From Thermoplasmata archaeon (GTDB lineage: Archaea > Thermoplasmatota > Thermoplasmata > UBA10834), in the NCBI GenBank assembly GCA_020696365.1, contig JAEHCM010000001.1, positions 18,813-82,812 on the forward strand: a stretch of DNA of 64,000 nt, given 5' to 3'. Below, in pieces: positions 1-8,717 of the stretch. How positions within the stretch are numbered: position 1 is the first letter of the stretch; every line of letters begins with the position of its first letter. The notes below the pieces were generated by a model that saw only the letters and a program-made list of their open reading frames with translations, searched no databases and was not told the DNA's origin. A program made the translations under genes and the position numbers.

Positions 1-1225
1 CCGAGACCGTCCACGCGTCCCTGGGCTTGTAGATGAGGGGCGTTTCGCACCGCCAACAAAGTGGATACGAGTGTCTCATCAGCCCCCATCCGAACAAGCG
101 GCCGGAGGCTTCGAGCATGCGAACTATCTCGACATCAGATTCTCTAGCGACCCTGCCTTCCAGCTCGGGGACTTCGTTCGTGAACCTGCCTGCTTCGTCG
201 ACGGGATCGAAAATGGCGTCGCCCTCCTCCAGAGCTATATCGAAGTCGCCCATCGCGTACGCCGGTGATATCTGGACTATACCGGTGCCTTCGTCCTCCG
301 GTACGGTCTCCGAATGCACTATCTTGAATGAACCTGCAGTGTGTGGGATGAAATCGAACAACGGTTCGTACTCCATTTCAAGAAGCGCTTCGCCCTCGAC
401 CTTCTCCACTACTGTAGCTCCAGGCGAGATCGTCCTGGCATGGGAATCTGACATCAGCAGCCTCTCGCCGTCCTTCTCCACGACCACGTAGTCCCAGTCA
501 CGGCGGACCGCGAGATATGTGTTCGCGACGAGGGTCCATGGGCTGGATGTGTGAGACAGCGCGGTGGCGTCCAGGCCGCTGACCTTGAACCTCGCGATGA
601 CGAACCTGTCCTCTCTCTCCTTGAAGCCCAAAGCGACTTCGTGGTTGCTCAGGGTCGTCCCGCAGCGGTAGCAGTACGGCGCCACCTGGCGACCCTTCGA
701 GAGGAGTCCTTTGGAGTGCAGCTCCTTGACCGCCCACCATACGCTCTCGATGTACTCGTTAGACATTGTCATGTAGGCGTTGTCGTAGTCCAGCCAGTAG
801 CCTATCCGTCGGCTCATCTGCTCCCAGTCGGTTCTGAACCGGAGGACCCGCTCGCGGCAGAGGTCGTTGAATGCCTCGATGCCGTACGCCTCGATCGCCT
901 TCTTCGTCTCGAGCTTGAGGCTCTTCTCGACCTCTATCTCCACGGGGAGACCGTGACAGTCCCATCCCGCGAGATACGGGATTACCTTCCTTCCGTTCAT
1001 CACATGATACCGCAGGAACGAGTCTTTGACCGCGCGCGTGAGCGCGTGTCCCACGTGGGGTCGGTCGTTGACCGTCGGAGGGCCCTCGCAGAAAACCAGG
1101 GGAGCACCGTCTGCCATGCGCTCCCTGACCTTCGATGGAATGTCGCGCTCCTGCCAGTAGCTGAGGATCTCCTCCTCTAGCTGGGGGAAGGTCTCCCCGG
1201 CAGGTTCTCGATAGTACTTGGCCAT
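1..1225 (-). CDS. ileS: Isoleucyl-tRNA synthetase, N-terminal ~408 aa (gene continues beyond window start)
   Basis: Absent from the ORF track because it is open at the window edge. My own translation from the ATG at 1225 gives MAKYYREPAGETFPQLEEEILSYWQE..., with the class I HIGH motif (PHVGHA), GWDCHGLPVE, and CWRCETPLIY near nt 58. Confidence 0.9.
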   Translation of the reverse strand, partial: MAKYYREPAGETFPQLEEEILSYWQERDIPSKVRERMADGAPLVFCEGPPTVNDRPHVGHALTRAVKDSFLRYHVMNGRKVIPYLAGWDCHGLPVEIEVEKSLKLETKKAIEAYGIEAFNDLCRERVLRFRTDWEQMSRRIGYWLDYDNAYMTMSNEYIESVWWAVKELHSKGLLSKGRQVAPYCYRCGTTLSNHEVALGFKEREDRFVIARFKVSGLDATALSHTSSPWTLVANTYLAVRRDWDYVVVEKDGERLLMSDSHARTISPGATVVEKVEGEALLEMEYEPLFDFIPHTAGSFKIVHSETVPEDEGTGIVQISPAYAMGDFDIALEEGDAIFDPVDEAGRFTNEVPELEGRVARESDVEIVRMLEASGRLFGWGLMRHSYPLCWRCETPLIYKPRDAWTVS

Positions 1226-1592
1226 CTCCGCAGACTCCTCCAGAACGGGCGTCCACAAACTCGGCAATGGATGTGTTAGAATCATCTAATAATGGCTATA
1301 ATGAACGTCAATGCCGAGCTCATCGAAGCGATTGCAGCGACTGAAGTGTATATAATACTTGGCTGCCTGTCATGACGTGGCATGGGACAATCCTGTTCAT
1401 CGGATTGCCATACGACTAGTGTGGCACTCCAACCCGGGCGATGGGGTTCGAGACCACCCGGGCCCGACCTCTGCTGGCAGGTATTCTTCTGAGGGGCACT
1501 CTAAGAAACTTCTAAATAATAGTGGACGCATAGCGCGGCACCGTGCATACCATGGCCAGGGTAGGTATCCAGGGCCGATGGGGTGAACATGA

Positions 1593-1763
1593 ATGGAAGA
1601 ACCCTTGTGCAACGTGGAGTTTCTGAAGAGTAACGCAGCCTATGTGGCTAGAGTCCAGAGCGACCTGGGCGGAATGCGTGAGTACCGTAGCACGAGCCTC
1701 GAGGAGATCCTGGAGCAGGTCATCATAGACCTCCAGGAGGAGTTCGAGGGAGCGCGGCTCTGA
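1593..1763 (+). CDS. Hypothetical small protein (56 aa)
   Basis: Own translation: MEEPLCNVEFLKSNAAYVARVQSDLGGMREYRSTSLEEILEQVIIDLQEEFEGARL. Composition is protein-like. It is below the track length cutoff and I recognise no family. Confidence 0.3.
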   Translation: MEEPLCNVEFLKSNAAYVARVQSDLGGMREYRSTSLEEILEQVIIDLQEEFEGARL

Positions 1764-1910
1764 GACGGGTGTGTGCCTAGATACTGCTCGCGCGCACATT
1801 GGCCGCACGCAGACGCGCCAACGCTGGTCCCTGTTCATCCATGGGTCGTGGGAGACCGCCGAAAGCCAAGCCATTGCTGGATCCATAGATAGACACGAGG
1901 AGGCGTTCCC

Positions 1911-2270
1911 GTGGAGGACAAGGAGAAGAAGGAGTACGAAGAGGTCATATCGTCGTACTACGGCGAGGACCAGGTCACGGCCCTTGTGACTTTCAAGATA
2001 GACACCAAGGGCTCGGACGACGTCGCAGAGAAGATCGCTGGCTTCGACCACATCGAGGATGTGTTCCTAGTCACGGGCGACACGGACATCATCGCCAAGG
2101 CCAGATTTCCCACCTACGCTGCGCTGAAGAAGTTCATCGTAGACGAGGTCGCAGAGATCGCAGGCGTGAAGGAAACAAGGACTTTCATGGTTGTCACGAC
2201 CTTCAAGGAGAGGGGGAACCTCGTGCGCGATCCCGAGGAAGAGGAGTCGGAGAAGGCGCAAACGGACTGA
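1911..2270 (+). CDS. Stand-alone Lrp/AsnC-type ligand-binding (RAM) domain protein with acidic tail
   Basis: ALVTFKIDTKG...IEDVFLVTGDTDIIAKARFPTYAALKKFIVDEV..GVKETRTFMV matches the AsnC_trans_reg/RAM pattern. There is no HTH. Confidence 0.8.
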   Translation: MEDKEKKEYEEVISSYYGEDQVTALVTFKIDTKGSDDVAEKIAGFDHIEDVFLVTGDTDIIAKARFPTYAALKKFIVDEVAEIAGVKETRTFMVVTTFKERGNLVRDPEEEESEKAQTD

Positions 2271-2290
2271 CATGATGAAGATAGAGGTGT

Positions 2291-2554
2291 GTGATCACTA
2301 TGGACACAGATACGAAACTGAGACAGATAATGGACGTGTTGGACCAGCTAGCTGAGGACACTTCGGTCCCGAGGAACATAAGACGCGGGGCGACGGAGGC
2401 CAAGACCAGGCTCCAGCAGAAGCAGGAGGCCCTTGACATCCGGAGCGCCAGCGCAATCACGATCCTGGACGAGCTCGCGAACGACCCAAACATACCGTTG
2501 CACGGCAGGACGCTGATCTGGAACGTCATAAGCCAGCTGGAAACCGTTAAGTGA
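2291..2554 (+). CDS. UPF0147-family small archaeal protein
   Basis: DTSVPRNIRRGATEAK...ILDELANDPNIPLHGRTLIWNVISQLE matches my recollection of the UPF0147 consensus. Confidence 0.8.
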   Translation: MITMDTDTKLRQIMDVLDQLAEDTSVPRNIRRGATEAKTRLQQKQEALDIRSASAITILDELANDPNIPLHGRTLIWNVISQLETVK

Positions 2555-2614
2555 GCGGGTCGAGGCGGGACTCGTCCCGCCGCATTCTTCTATTCGATTA
2601 CGGGTGAGTGAACC

Positions 2615-3283
2615 ATGCAGACCTCGGGTACTGAGTGTTTCTGCTCGTGGAGCGGGGGTAAGGATTCGTGCCTTGCACTCCACCGTTCCATCAAGGCCGG
2701 CATGAACCCATCCGTTCTGCTGACCATGCTGACAGAGGAGGGACAGCGGTCGAGGGGGCACGGGCTCACAGTCGACTTCCTCAAGGCGCAGGCAGCCTCG
2801 ATGGATATGCGTCTTGTGACGAAGGCGACCTCCTGGGACGATTACGAAAGGAACTTCTTGGAAGAAGCACGCAAGTTGAGGGCTGAAGGCGTCTCGGCTG
2901 GTGTGTTCGGTGACATAGACCTCGCTCAGCACAGAGACTGGGTGGAGGACGTCTGTTCCAGAGCGGACGTTGATGCCGAATTGCCGTTATGGAACGTCAG
3001 CAGGGACGAGTTGCTCGAAGAACTCGTCTCACAGGGATTCAAGGCGATAATGGCCTCGGTGAAGGATGGAACCCTGGGAAAGAGATGGCTGGGACACACG
3101 CTCGACCGCAACATGATCGCGCTGTTCAAGAGCAGCGGCATCGACCCTTCAGGAGAATCGGGAGAGTACCACACCTGCGTTGTCGATGGCCCTTTGTTCT
3201 CTCGGCCTGTCAGGTTTGAGCAGGGAGACTCGACACTTCGTGACGGATACTGGTTCTTGGACCTGTCCGTGTCAGAGGGCTGA
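2615..3283 (+). CDS. PP-loop ATP pyrophosphatase, diphthine-ammonia ligase (Dph6/MJ0570-like)
   Basis: N-terminal SWSGGKDS PP-loop, EYHT motif near the C-terminus, and ~220 aa as in the archaeal MJ0570 family. Confidence 0.8.
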   Translation: MQTSGTECFCSWSGGKDSCLALHRSIKAGMNPSVLLTMLTEEGQRSRGHGLTVDFLKAQAASMDMRLVTKATSWDDYERNFLEEARKLRAEGVSAGVFGDIDLAQHRDWVEDVCSRADVDAELPLWNVSRDELLEELVSQGFKAIMASVKDGTLGKRWLGHTLDRNMIALFKSSGIDPSGESGEYHTCVVDGPLFSRPVRFEQGDSTLRDGYWFLDLSVSEG

Positions 3284-3351
3284 ACGACCATGCTTCGGCC
3301 GCTCCGAATTTGGATATGTTTAAATCGGCTGGGACGATACTTCCCCTTCGC

Positions 3352-3423
3352 GCGGCTGTAGTCTAGTGGTTAGGACTGAAGCTTCCCAAGCTTCAAACTC
3401 GGGTTCGAATCCCGGCAGCCGCA
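3352..3423 (+). tRNA. tRNA-Gly (anticodon CCC); CCA is also encoded at 3424-3426
   Basis: Hand-folded cloverleaf: acceptor GCGGCTG/CAGCCGC, D arm GTCT-AGTGGTTA-GGAC, anticodon arm GAAGC-TTCCCAA-GCTTC, T arm with GGGTTCGAATCCC. Confidence 0.9.
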
Positions 3424-3556
3424 CCATATTTCTCAGTCGCGTAAACTCGGGCAACATTGATTCTCCCGCAATGAGAAACGGACGGTACGGAGGCGATTCG
3501 GGCCGTTCTCGACGATTCTGCTCATCGCTGCGAAGGCATTATGCATCCGTCATCGC

Positions 3557-4458
3557 ATGCGGACCCTAGTGTCCATGACTAGTGTGAGATTTCGACATCC
3601 AACCGAAGATGACATCGCATCGATGGTGAGGATCTGGAACGATTCAAGGGTCGGGCTGCCCTCGCAAAGTCCGGTCAATGCAGATGAGGTCAGGGCAGAG
3701 ACTTTCCTCGACAAGGATTACGACCCAGAGGGCGCATGGCTTGCGATTGTAGATGGGGTGGCTGTTGGGTACGTGGATGGATTTGTGGATCAAGCAAGGC
3801 TGAAGCATGGATTGAATGACTCTTACGTTGATCTTGAGATCATGCGAAGCCATAGAGGGGAGGGGATCGAAGAATCCATTCTGGAGAGATCTCTCGATTA
3901 TCTCGCAGGCCGCGGTGTCTCTGCAACACAGATTCCATACTACCAAGTTGATGATTGGAGGAAGAGATTGCTGGGGAACGCGGGTTTTGTGGAGGTGCGG
4001 AGGTATTACGAGATGGTTCGGGATGAAAGTCGCGAACCAGAGAAGGCCGCGTTCCCGAGAGACATCCGAATCGAGCGCAAACTCATCACGGATGATCATG
4101 AATACCTCGCATCGAGAATCATCGATGTCAGAAACGAGTCGTTCGTGGATCATTTCAACTACTCTCCTGTCCCAGCTGAAAGGCTCAGGAATTTCTTCGA
4201 GGCTACCGAAACCTCGTTTGCGGTCACCTTCGCGGTGGATGATGGGAAGACGGTTGGCTTCGCATTGAGCGAGGACCGACCTCCCGAAGCCGAAGGAACC
4301 TCCTCCTCGACAGCGTGAATTGGCTCAGATCTCGGGGGATCGAACGAATCCTGCTAATGGTTGATGCTGAGAACGAGAAGGCCCTAGGCATGTACAAATC
4401 GGTTGGGTTCGAGGTCAATTCCGTAGAAGTACTGATGGTGCGGAGCCTGCCCGAATGA
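3557..4458 (+). pseudogene. Tandem-GNAT N-acetyltransferase, apparently frameshifted or deleted near 4245-4318
   Basis: ORF 3557-4318 carries a first GNAT domain (HRGEGIEESILERSLDYLAGRGV...AGFVEV) and the start of a second. The typical GNAT C-terminus (LLLDSVNWLRSRGIERILLMVDAENEKALGMYKSVGFE) continues to 4458 in another frame, and the R-x-x-G-x-G/A motif is incomplete. Confidence 0.55.
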
Positions 4459-4606
4459 GAATCCTCGAATAATGGCAAATATAGGGTTGCTGAAAGGGCC
4501 ACGTTAGTGGGTTACGAAGGTTAAGTGAACGGATAGCTAGGGGGATCAACAATCGGTTGCCATAACTCCTCTGATTGAAATCAGAAAAAGGATGTCTGGC
4601 TTCTGC

Positions 4607-4631
4607 CGGGTTCGAATCCCGGCAGCCGCAC
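4607..4631 (+). repeat. Orphan copy of the tRNA-Gly 3' end (T arm plus acceptor 3' strand), a 25-bp exact direct repeat of 3400-3424
   Basis: CGGGTTCGAATCCCGGCAGCCGCAC is identical at both sites. I could not find a matching 5' acceptor strand or a D or anticodon arm upstream of the second copy. Confidence 0.8.
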
Positions 4632-4713
4632 GCCCACGCGACTCCGCGCATCAGTGTTAGAAAAGTGAAATGGTTTTGTTGAAGGGGTTTCTGACCTAGC
4701 GTAAGGTGTCTCG

Positions 4714-6063
4714 CTACCGGTCGCCAACGCCCCAGGTACGGCCGTAGAAGCTCGAGAAGGCCAAAGCGAAATCGTACCAGCCAGTCTCCACGGCGAACGG
4801 CACTTCCACGTAGGTGTCCTTTATGCTGTGCATGCCGTCGTTCGTCGAGGGCGCATATATTGCCATCCCATAGGACTTGTAGTTGTGGATCCCGTTCACG
4901 AAGTCACTGACACCAGCCTCCACGACCTCTTGGACGGCCTTAGCAGCCGTCTTGATAGCCTCGTCCGTTATGATGGGGTCCGCTTGCAGGTTCATGGCGA
5001 ATCCTTTCAAGTCCACGTTGTATGGGTAGTAGTACTCCTGGGCCGTGATGAGGTCCCGCTGGATGGAATTCATATACTCGCGCAGGCCCGCGAGAAGTGC
5101 AACGCCCAAGTCTGCAACGGCGTTCTTCATTGCGTCCATATAGGTCATGTTAAAGGCGCTTATGGTCCAATCGACGTACCCGCTGGTTGAGCTGTAGTAC
5201 GCTGCGTAGTCCTGGACTATCACCGAGGCCAGGGCGCCCCCGTCCATCGTCGGTTCCGCAACTAGATGCCCCGCGATGGCATCATACGGGAATCCGGCCC
5301 CGGGCACCGTCTCCTCGCTGAAGACGACGAAGTCAGCGCAGCCCCTGACCTGGTATGCCACCTCTGGCATCGCCATCAGGCACAGATCGAAACCGACGAC
5401 GTCGAAAACGACTTTCGTTTGGTCCTTGGCGTCGACCAGCGCATCCCTGAGCTCGACCATCGTGATGCAATCGTCCACTTCATCCACCTCAAATGTGGTG
5501 TCGTCCCAGCACAACCCGCGCCATCCACCGCCGTGGTCCCAGAGTATCAATGCGTATTTTTCTGCGGGGTACTTCGAGCAGACTATCTCGCAGAACTCCT
5601 CGAGCACGAGCGGGTCGGCCATGTTCAGCTCACCCGGGCATCCGCCAGCAATGATCCCACAGTCACAGTTGTTTTGATACTCGCCGTCATCATCGAGCAC
5701 GATATGCGGCTCATTTGGACCATCCACCGCGTACCAGTGTGTTCCGGTGATGGCCGTGTAGGTGTCCATCAGAACGACGATGTTGACACCGTCGACTGAC
5801 CCCACGGCTTCCAGCTCGGCAAGGTCCGTTAGGCCGTAGGATTCAAGGTTGTTGTCTGCGTCCAGATAGATTGCGAAGGTCCATTTGGCCCCGTTGTCAA
5901 CAGCCGCCATCGAAACTGGGACGATCATGACTGCCAACATCGCGGCGGCAGCAACCGCTCCGATTCTATGTAATCTCCTCACTTTCTCTCCCCCCGATAT
6001 CGGCTTATCTGATTCGTTCCCGACCCATGCCCGCGACGGGGTCAGGCGCCTATATCGAGGCAA
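4714..6063 (-). CDS. Secreted clostripain-like cysteine peptidase (MEROPS C11), paralog 1
   Basis: N-terminal hydrophobic signal/anchor (AVAAAAMLAVMIVPVSMAAV), FAIYLDADNNLE, catalytic His context ILWDHGGGWRG, catalytic Cys context VGFDLCLMAMPE. Confidence 0.8.
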   Translation of the reverse strand: MPRYRRLTPSRAWVGNESDKPISGGEKVRRLHRIGAVAAAAMLAVMIVPVSMAAVDNGAKWTFAIYLDADNNLESYGLTDLAELEAVGSVDGVNIVVLMDTYTAITGTHWYAVDGPNEPHIVLDDDGEYQNNCDCGIIAGGCPGELNMADPLVLEEFCEIVCSKYPAEKYALILWDHGGGWRGLCWDDTTFEVDEVDDCITMVELRDALVDAKDQTKVVFDVVGFDLCLMAMPEVAYQVRGCADFVVFSEETVPGAGFPYDAIAGHLVAEPTMDGGALASVIVQDYAAYYSSTSGYVDWTISAFNMTYMDAMKNAVADLGVALLAGLREYMNSIQRDLITAQEYYYPYNVDLKGFAMNLQADPIITDEAIKTAAKAVQEVVEAGVSDFVNGIHNYKSYGMAIYAPSTNDGMHSIKDTYVEVPFAVETGWYDFALAFSSFYGRTWGVGDR

Positions 6064-6222
6064 TGAACGGACATCGCGCTATTAATTCCTTCACATGGCC
6101 CCATGCCTCGGTCGCGGACGGGCCCATATATAGCGTTTTCCCATGTCCAGGACTCGTAGGCTCCCCCTCGAACCACTCGTGCTGGCTCCGGGTCTGGACA
6201 ATGTTATTGACCGCGTAATGCG

Positions 6223-6762
6223 TTGCCGCAGCCCGTGACAGCGCCCATCTCCGCCCATGAACGGTATCCAACGGGGACCGTTCTACTCTCAAACGCGCTG
6301 ACGTTCTTGACGTGGACCTTTGGGGCCTACATCATATGGACTGCGCTCGGGATAGCCTTCTCTTTGTTGTTCATCGCCTACTGCCTCCTCATAGAATTGA
6401 ACCTGCTGAGAAGGAGTTGCGTGAGCTGCTACTACTACGGCAAGACTTGCTTCTCTGGAAGGGGGCGTTGCTGCTCGGCCCTGTTCAAGAGAGGCAATGC
6501 TGGCGACTTCGCCGGTAGAGATATCACATGGGTAGACATGCTTCCAGACATTCTTGTTTCTGTGATTCCGATCACCTGCGGGATCGGAGTCATGATCGTC
6601 GACTTCTCGTGGCTCGTACTGGCATTGCTGCTGGCCCTGGTCGGTTTGACCACGATGGGCAACGCGCTGGTCAGAGGACGCCTCGCCTGCAAGTACTGCC
6701 GACAGAGGACCCTGGGATGCCCAGCGGAACGACTGTTCCAAAAGAGGGAAGGGAGAGAGTAA
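6223..6762 (+). CDS. Hypothetical multi-pass membrane protein with two Cys clusters
   Basis: About 4 hydrophobic helices; CVSCYYYGKTCFSGRGRCC and CKYCRQRTLGC in the predicted loops. No family recognised. Confidence 0.6.
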   Translation: MPQPVTAPISAHERYPTGTVLLSNALTFLTWTFGAYIIWTALGIAFSLLFIAYCLLIELNLLRRSCVSCYYYGKTCFSGRGRCCSALFKRGNAGDFAGRDITWVDMLPDILVSVIPITCGIGVMIVDFSWLVLALLLALVGLTTMGNALVRGRLACKYCRQRTLGCPAERLFQKREGRE

Positions 6763-6864
6763 ACGGGGCGCCCGGAGGTTATTCCGCTCCAGCACTTTCG
6801 CCGGCGTGCCGAAAACCATCTAAGAGTCCGTGACGTTCATCCCCCCAAAGGTATCGCGCCCAAG

Positions 6865-7227
6865 GTGGTGTCAAAGTTGAGAAAGGCAGACGTTAAGACC
6901 GAGAAAGACGTGATTGAATATCTGAAGGACTGGTCGGTGTTCGAACGGGCGGTCTATGTTGCCACATTCAGGATACCCAATGGCAAAGTCAGCACGTACA
7001 GCAGGATCGCGGAGAAGATCGCCAGGCCGAAGGCTCAACGAGCGGTCGCCAACGCCCTGCACAATAACCCGCTGTATCCCATCGTGCCGTGCCATCGCGT
7101 TGTCAAATCAGACGGGGGCTTCGGCGGCGAGGAGAAGGCCGCGGCCGGAAGGAGACGACACGTCGAGAGGGAGGGCGTGCCGACGAGACACGGAAGAGTC
7201 ATACTGAGGGATGACATACTCTACTGA
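6865..7227 (+). CDS. ogt: Methylated-DNA-protein-cysteine methyltransferase (short, C-terminal-domain form)
   Basis: Active-site PCHRVV motif preceded by a helix-turn-helix region (TYSRIAEKIARPKAQRAVANAL). Confidence 0.85.
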   Translation: MVSKLRKADVKTEKDVIEYLKDWSVFERAVYVATFRIPNGKVSTYSRIAEKIARPKAQRAVANALHNNPLYPIVPCHRVVKSDGGFGGEEKAAAGRRRHVEREGVPTRHGRVILRDDILY

Positions 7228-7248
7228 GGTAAGAGGGAGTGATTTGGA

Positions 7249-7731
7249 ATGACGAAGGTATTGGTGATATACGATTCGAGGACTGGAAACACCGAAAAGA
7301 TGGCAGATGCCGTGGCGGACGGGGCGCGCCAGGTAGAGGGTGCATCGGTCGCCGTGATGAACGTGGACAAGGCGAAGCTGGACGACCTGCTAGCCGCGGA
7401 TGCGATCATTCTCGGCTCCCCGACATACTACGGCAACATGTCCGGCAAGATGAAAGAGCTCATCGACAAGTCTAACGCATTCCACGGCAAGCTGACGGGC
7501 AAGGTCGGAGGAGCCTTCACGAGCGCCGGGGGCACGGCGTGCGGCGCGGAGACGACGCTGCTGGCCATGCTCCAGGCGATGCTGGTGCACGGAATGGTTG
7601 TCCAAGGCAGATCGGACGATCAGCCCTATGGCGCGACGGCGGTAGAAGCTCCGGACGAGCAGTCTATCGGATACTGCAACGAACTTGGCAAGAGGGTGGC
7701 GGGGTTGGCCATTGCCTTGAGGAAGACCTAA
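7249..7731 (+). CDS. Flavodoxin / WrbA-like flavoprotein
   Basis: KVLVIYDSRTGNTEKMA FMN-phosphate loop and ILGSPTYYGNMSG. Confidence 0.85.
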   Translation: MTKVLVIYDSRTGNTEKMADAVADGARQVEGASVAVMNVDKAKLDDLLAADAIILGSPTYYGNMSGKMKELIDKSNAFHGKLTGKVGGAFTSAGGTACGAETTLLAMLQAMLVHGMVVQGRSDDQPYGATAVEAPDEQSIGYCNELGKRVAGLAIALRKT

Positions 7732-7918
7732 TCGCCCTCAGACGAGAGGCTGAACTCAGGAAATCCTTGAACAAGGAAGGCGGTCCAGGGGCCTGAATGG
7801 ACAGTTAGGGGGCGAAGTACGCCCCCGTGCCAAGCGCAGCATTATATACTATGAGCACATGATTGCTGACTGTCCGAAGGCGCCATGGGCGCAATGACGA
7901 CACATAGGAGATAAGAAA

Positions 7919-8104
7919 ATGCGATACGACTCGAGAGGTTCGGGCGGCCGCAGGTTCGACTCTCGCCCAAGAGAGATGCACAAGATAACGTGCTCCGATT
8001 GTGGCGCAGAGGCCGAAGTCCCCTTTAAGCCGACAGAGGGGAAGCCTGTCTATTGCCGTGACTGCTACGCCAAGCACAGACCTCCAAGAAGGGACCGCTT
8101 CTAA
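7919..8104 (+). CDS. Small basic zinc-ribbon protein (CxxC-x17-CxxC type)
   Basis: ITCSDCGAEAEVPFKPTEGKPVYCRDCYAKHRPP flanked by Arg-rich tails. GGAG lies 8 nt upstream of the ATG. Confidence 0.7.
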   Translation: MRYDSRGSGGRRFDSRPREMHKITCSDCGAEAEVPFKPTEGKPVYCRDCYAKHRPPRRDRF

Positions 8105-8232
8105 GATCTGACTTTTGTTCGATTTCTCGAATGATTGATCGTAAACCCCATAAATTTCATTTATCACTCTTCAGCAGAGTGATCTATTGCCTGCCATTGC
8201 TCCACCTAGGAGCCTGATTCAGATTCGGCCAG

Positions 8233-8658
8233 TCATAGACGGAGTATCCCGACATGTCTCTCAGGGTCGACTTCTCGAACGGAGTGTAGGCCGTCGATCC
8301 GGATCATGAATATCTCGTTGCTCATCCATGCCTTACCCTGCAGCAGATGCCCTCCGTAGGCCTTGTGGGATCTGTCGGCAACGGTCACATGGATATGTAT
8401 CCTCGGGTCTCCTTCTGACGACACAGACCCTTGCATCGATAGCAGCTCGTGAGCCTCTTCGAAGTAGGCTTTGACATAGTTCCCCTCGTCGAAGTACCCG
8501 AGCTCGAACTCGGAGATCATGCCCAGGCCGGCGACGATCGACATAGTCGACCGTTCTGCTTCGATCGACCGGCCGATGGAACGCAGGATGTCATCTCCAT
8601 GGTCCAGACGCAGCGCGAGCGAGTCTCCCTTCCGTGCAATCTCCATGCGAATCGCCAC
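8233..8658 (-). CDS. PPC (DUF296) domain protein
   Basis: GLGMISEFELGYF...DPRIHIHVTVADRSHKAYGGHLL resembles the PPC/DUF296 pattern. Confidence 0.7.
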   Translation of the reverse strand: MAIRMEIARKGDSLALRLDHGDDILRSIGRSIEAERSTMSIVAGLGMISEFELGYFDEGNYVKAYFEEAHELLSMQGSVSSEGDPRIHIHVTVADRSHKAYGGHLLQGKAWMSNEIFMIRIDGLHSVREVDPERHVGILRL

Positions 8659-8717
8659 GATGGGAATCGCAGGGCCTGCCCAAATGCATTGCCCCGGCCG
8701 ATGACGGGAGCGGCGGC

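Noticed and set aside
33-1256. Track ORFs 33-491 (+), 551-1180 (+) and 759-1256 (-) as genes
   Set aside because: They are Ser- or Arg/Gly/Pro-rich and low-complexity. They are alternative-frame shadows of ileS, which reads cleanly with HIGH and CWRC motifs on the minus strand from 1225.
1330-1592. Possible tRNA, SRP RNA or other ncRNA in the ORF-poor region downstream of a TATATAAT box. The region contains GGGGTTCGAGACC and a CCCGGG...CCCGGG hairpin.
   Set aside because: I could not build a cloverleaf because the T stem does not pair. I saw no SRP helix-8 motif and no C/D boxes. It may simply be a promoter or 5'UTR region, and I cannot support an RNA gene by eye.
4487-4631. An intron-containing or split tRNA ending at the orphan T-arm/acceptor fragment
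   Set aside because: The best 5' acceptor candidates (GTTGCTG, TCGGTTG) each have a mismatch. No D arm or 7-nt anticodon loop could be placed. I treat it as a 3' fragment (att-like repeat) instead.
7808-7826. A perfect 7-bp GC hairpin (GGGGGCG-AAGTA-CGCCCCC) as the flavodoxin terminator
   Set aside because: It lies 77 nt past the stop, with no adjoining oligo-T tract. Archaeal termination normally relies on T-runs, so I cannot call it a terminator.
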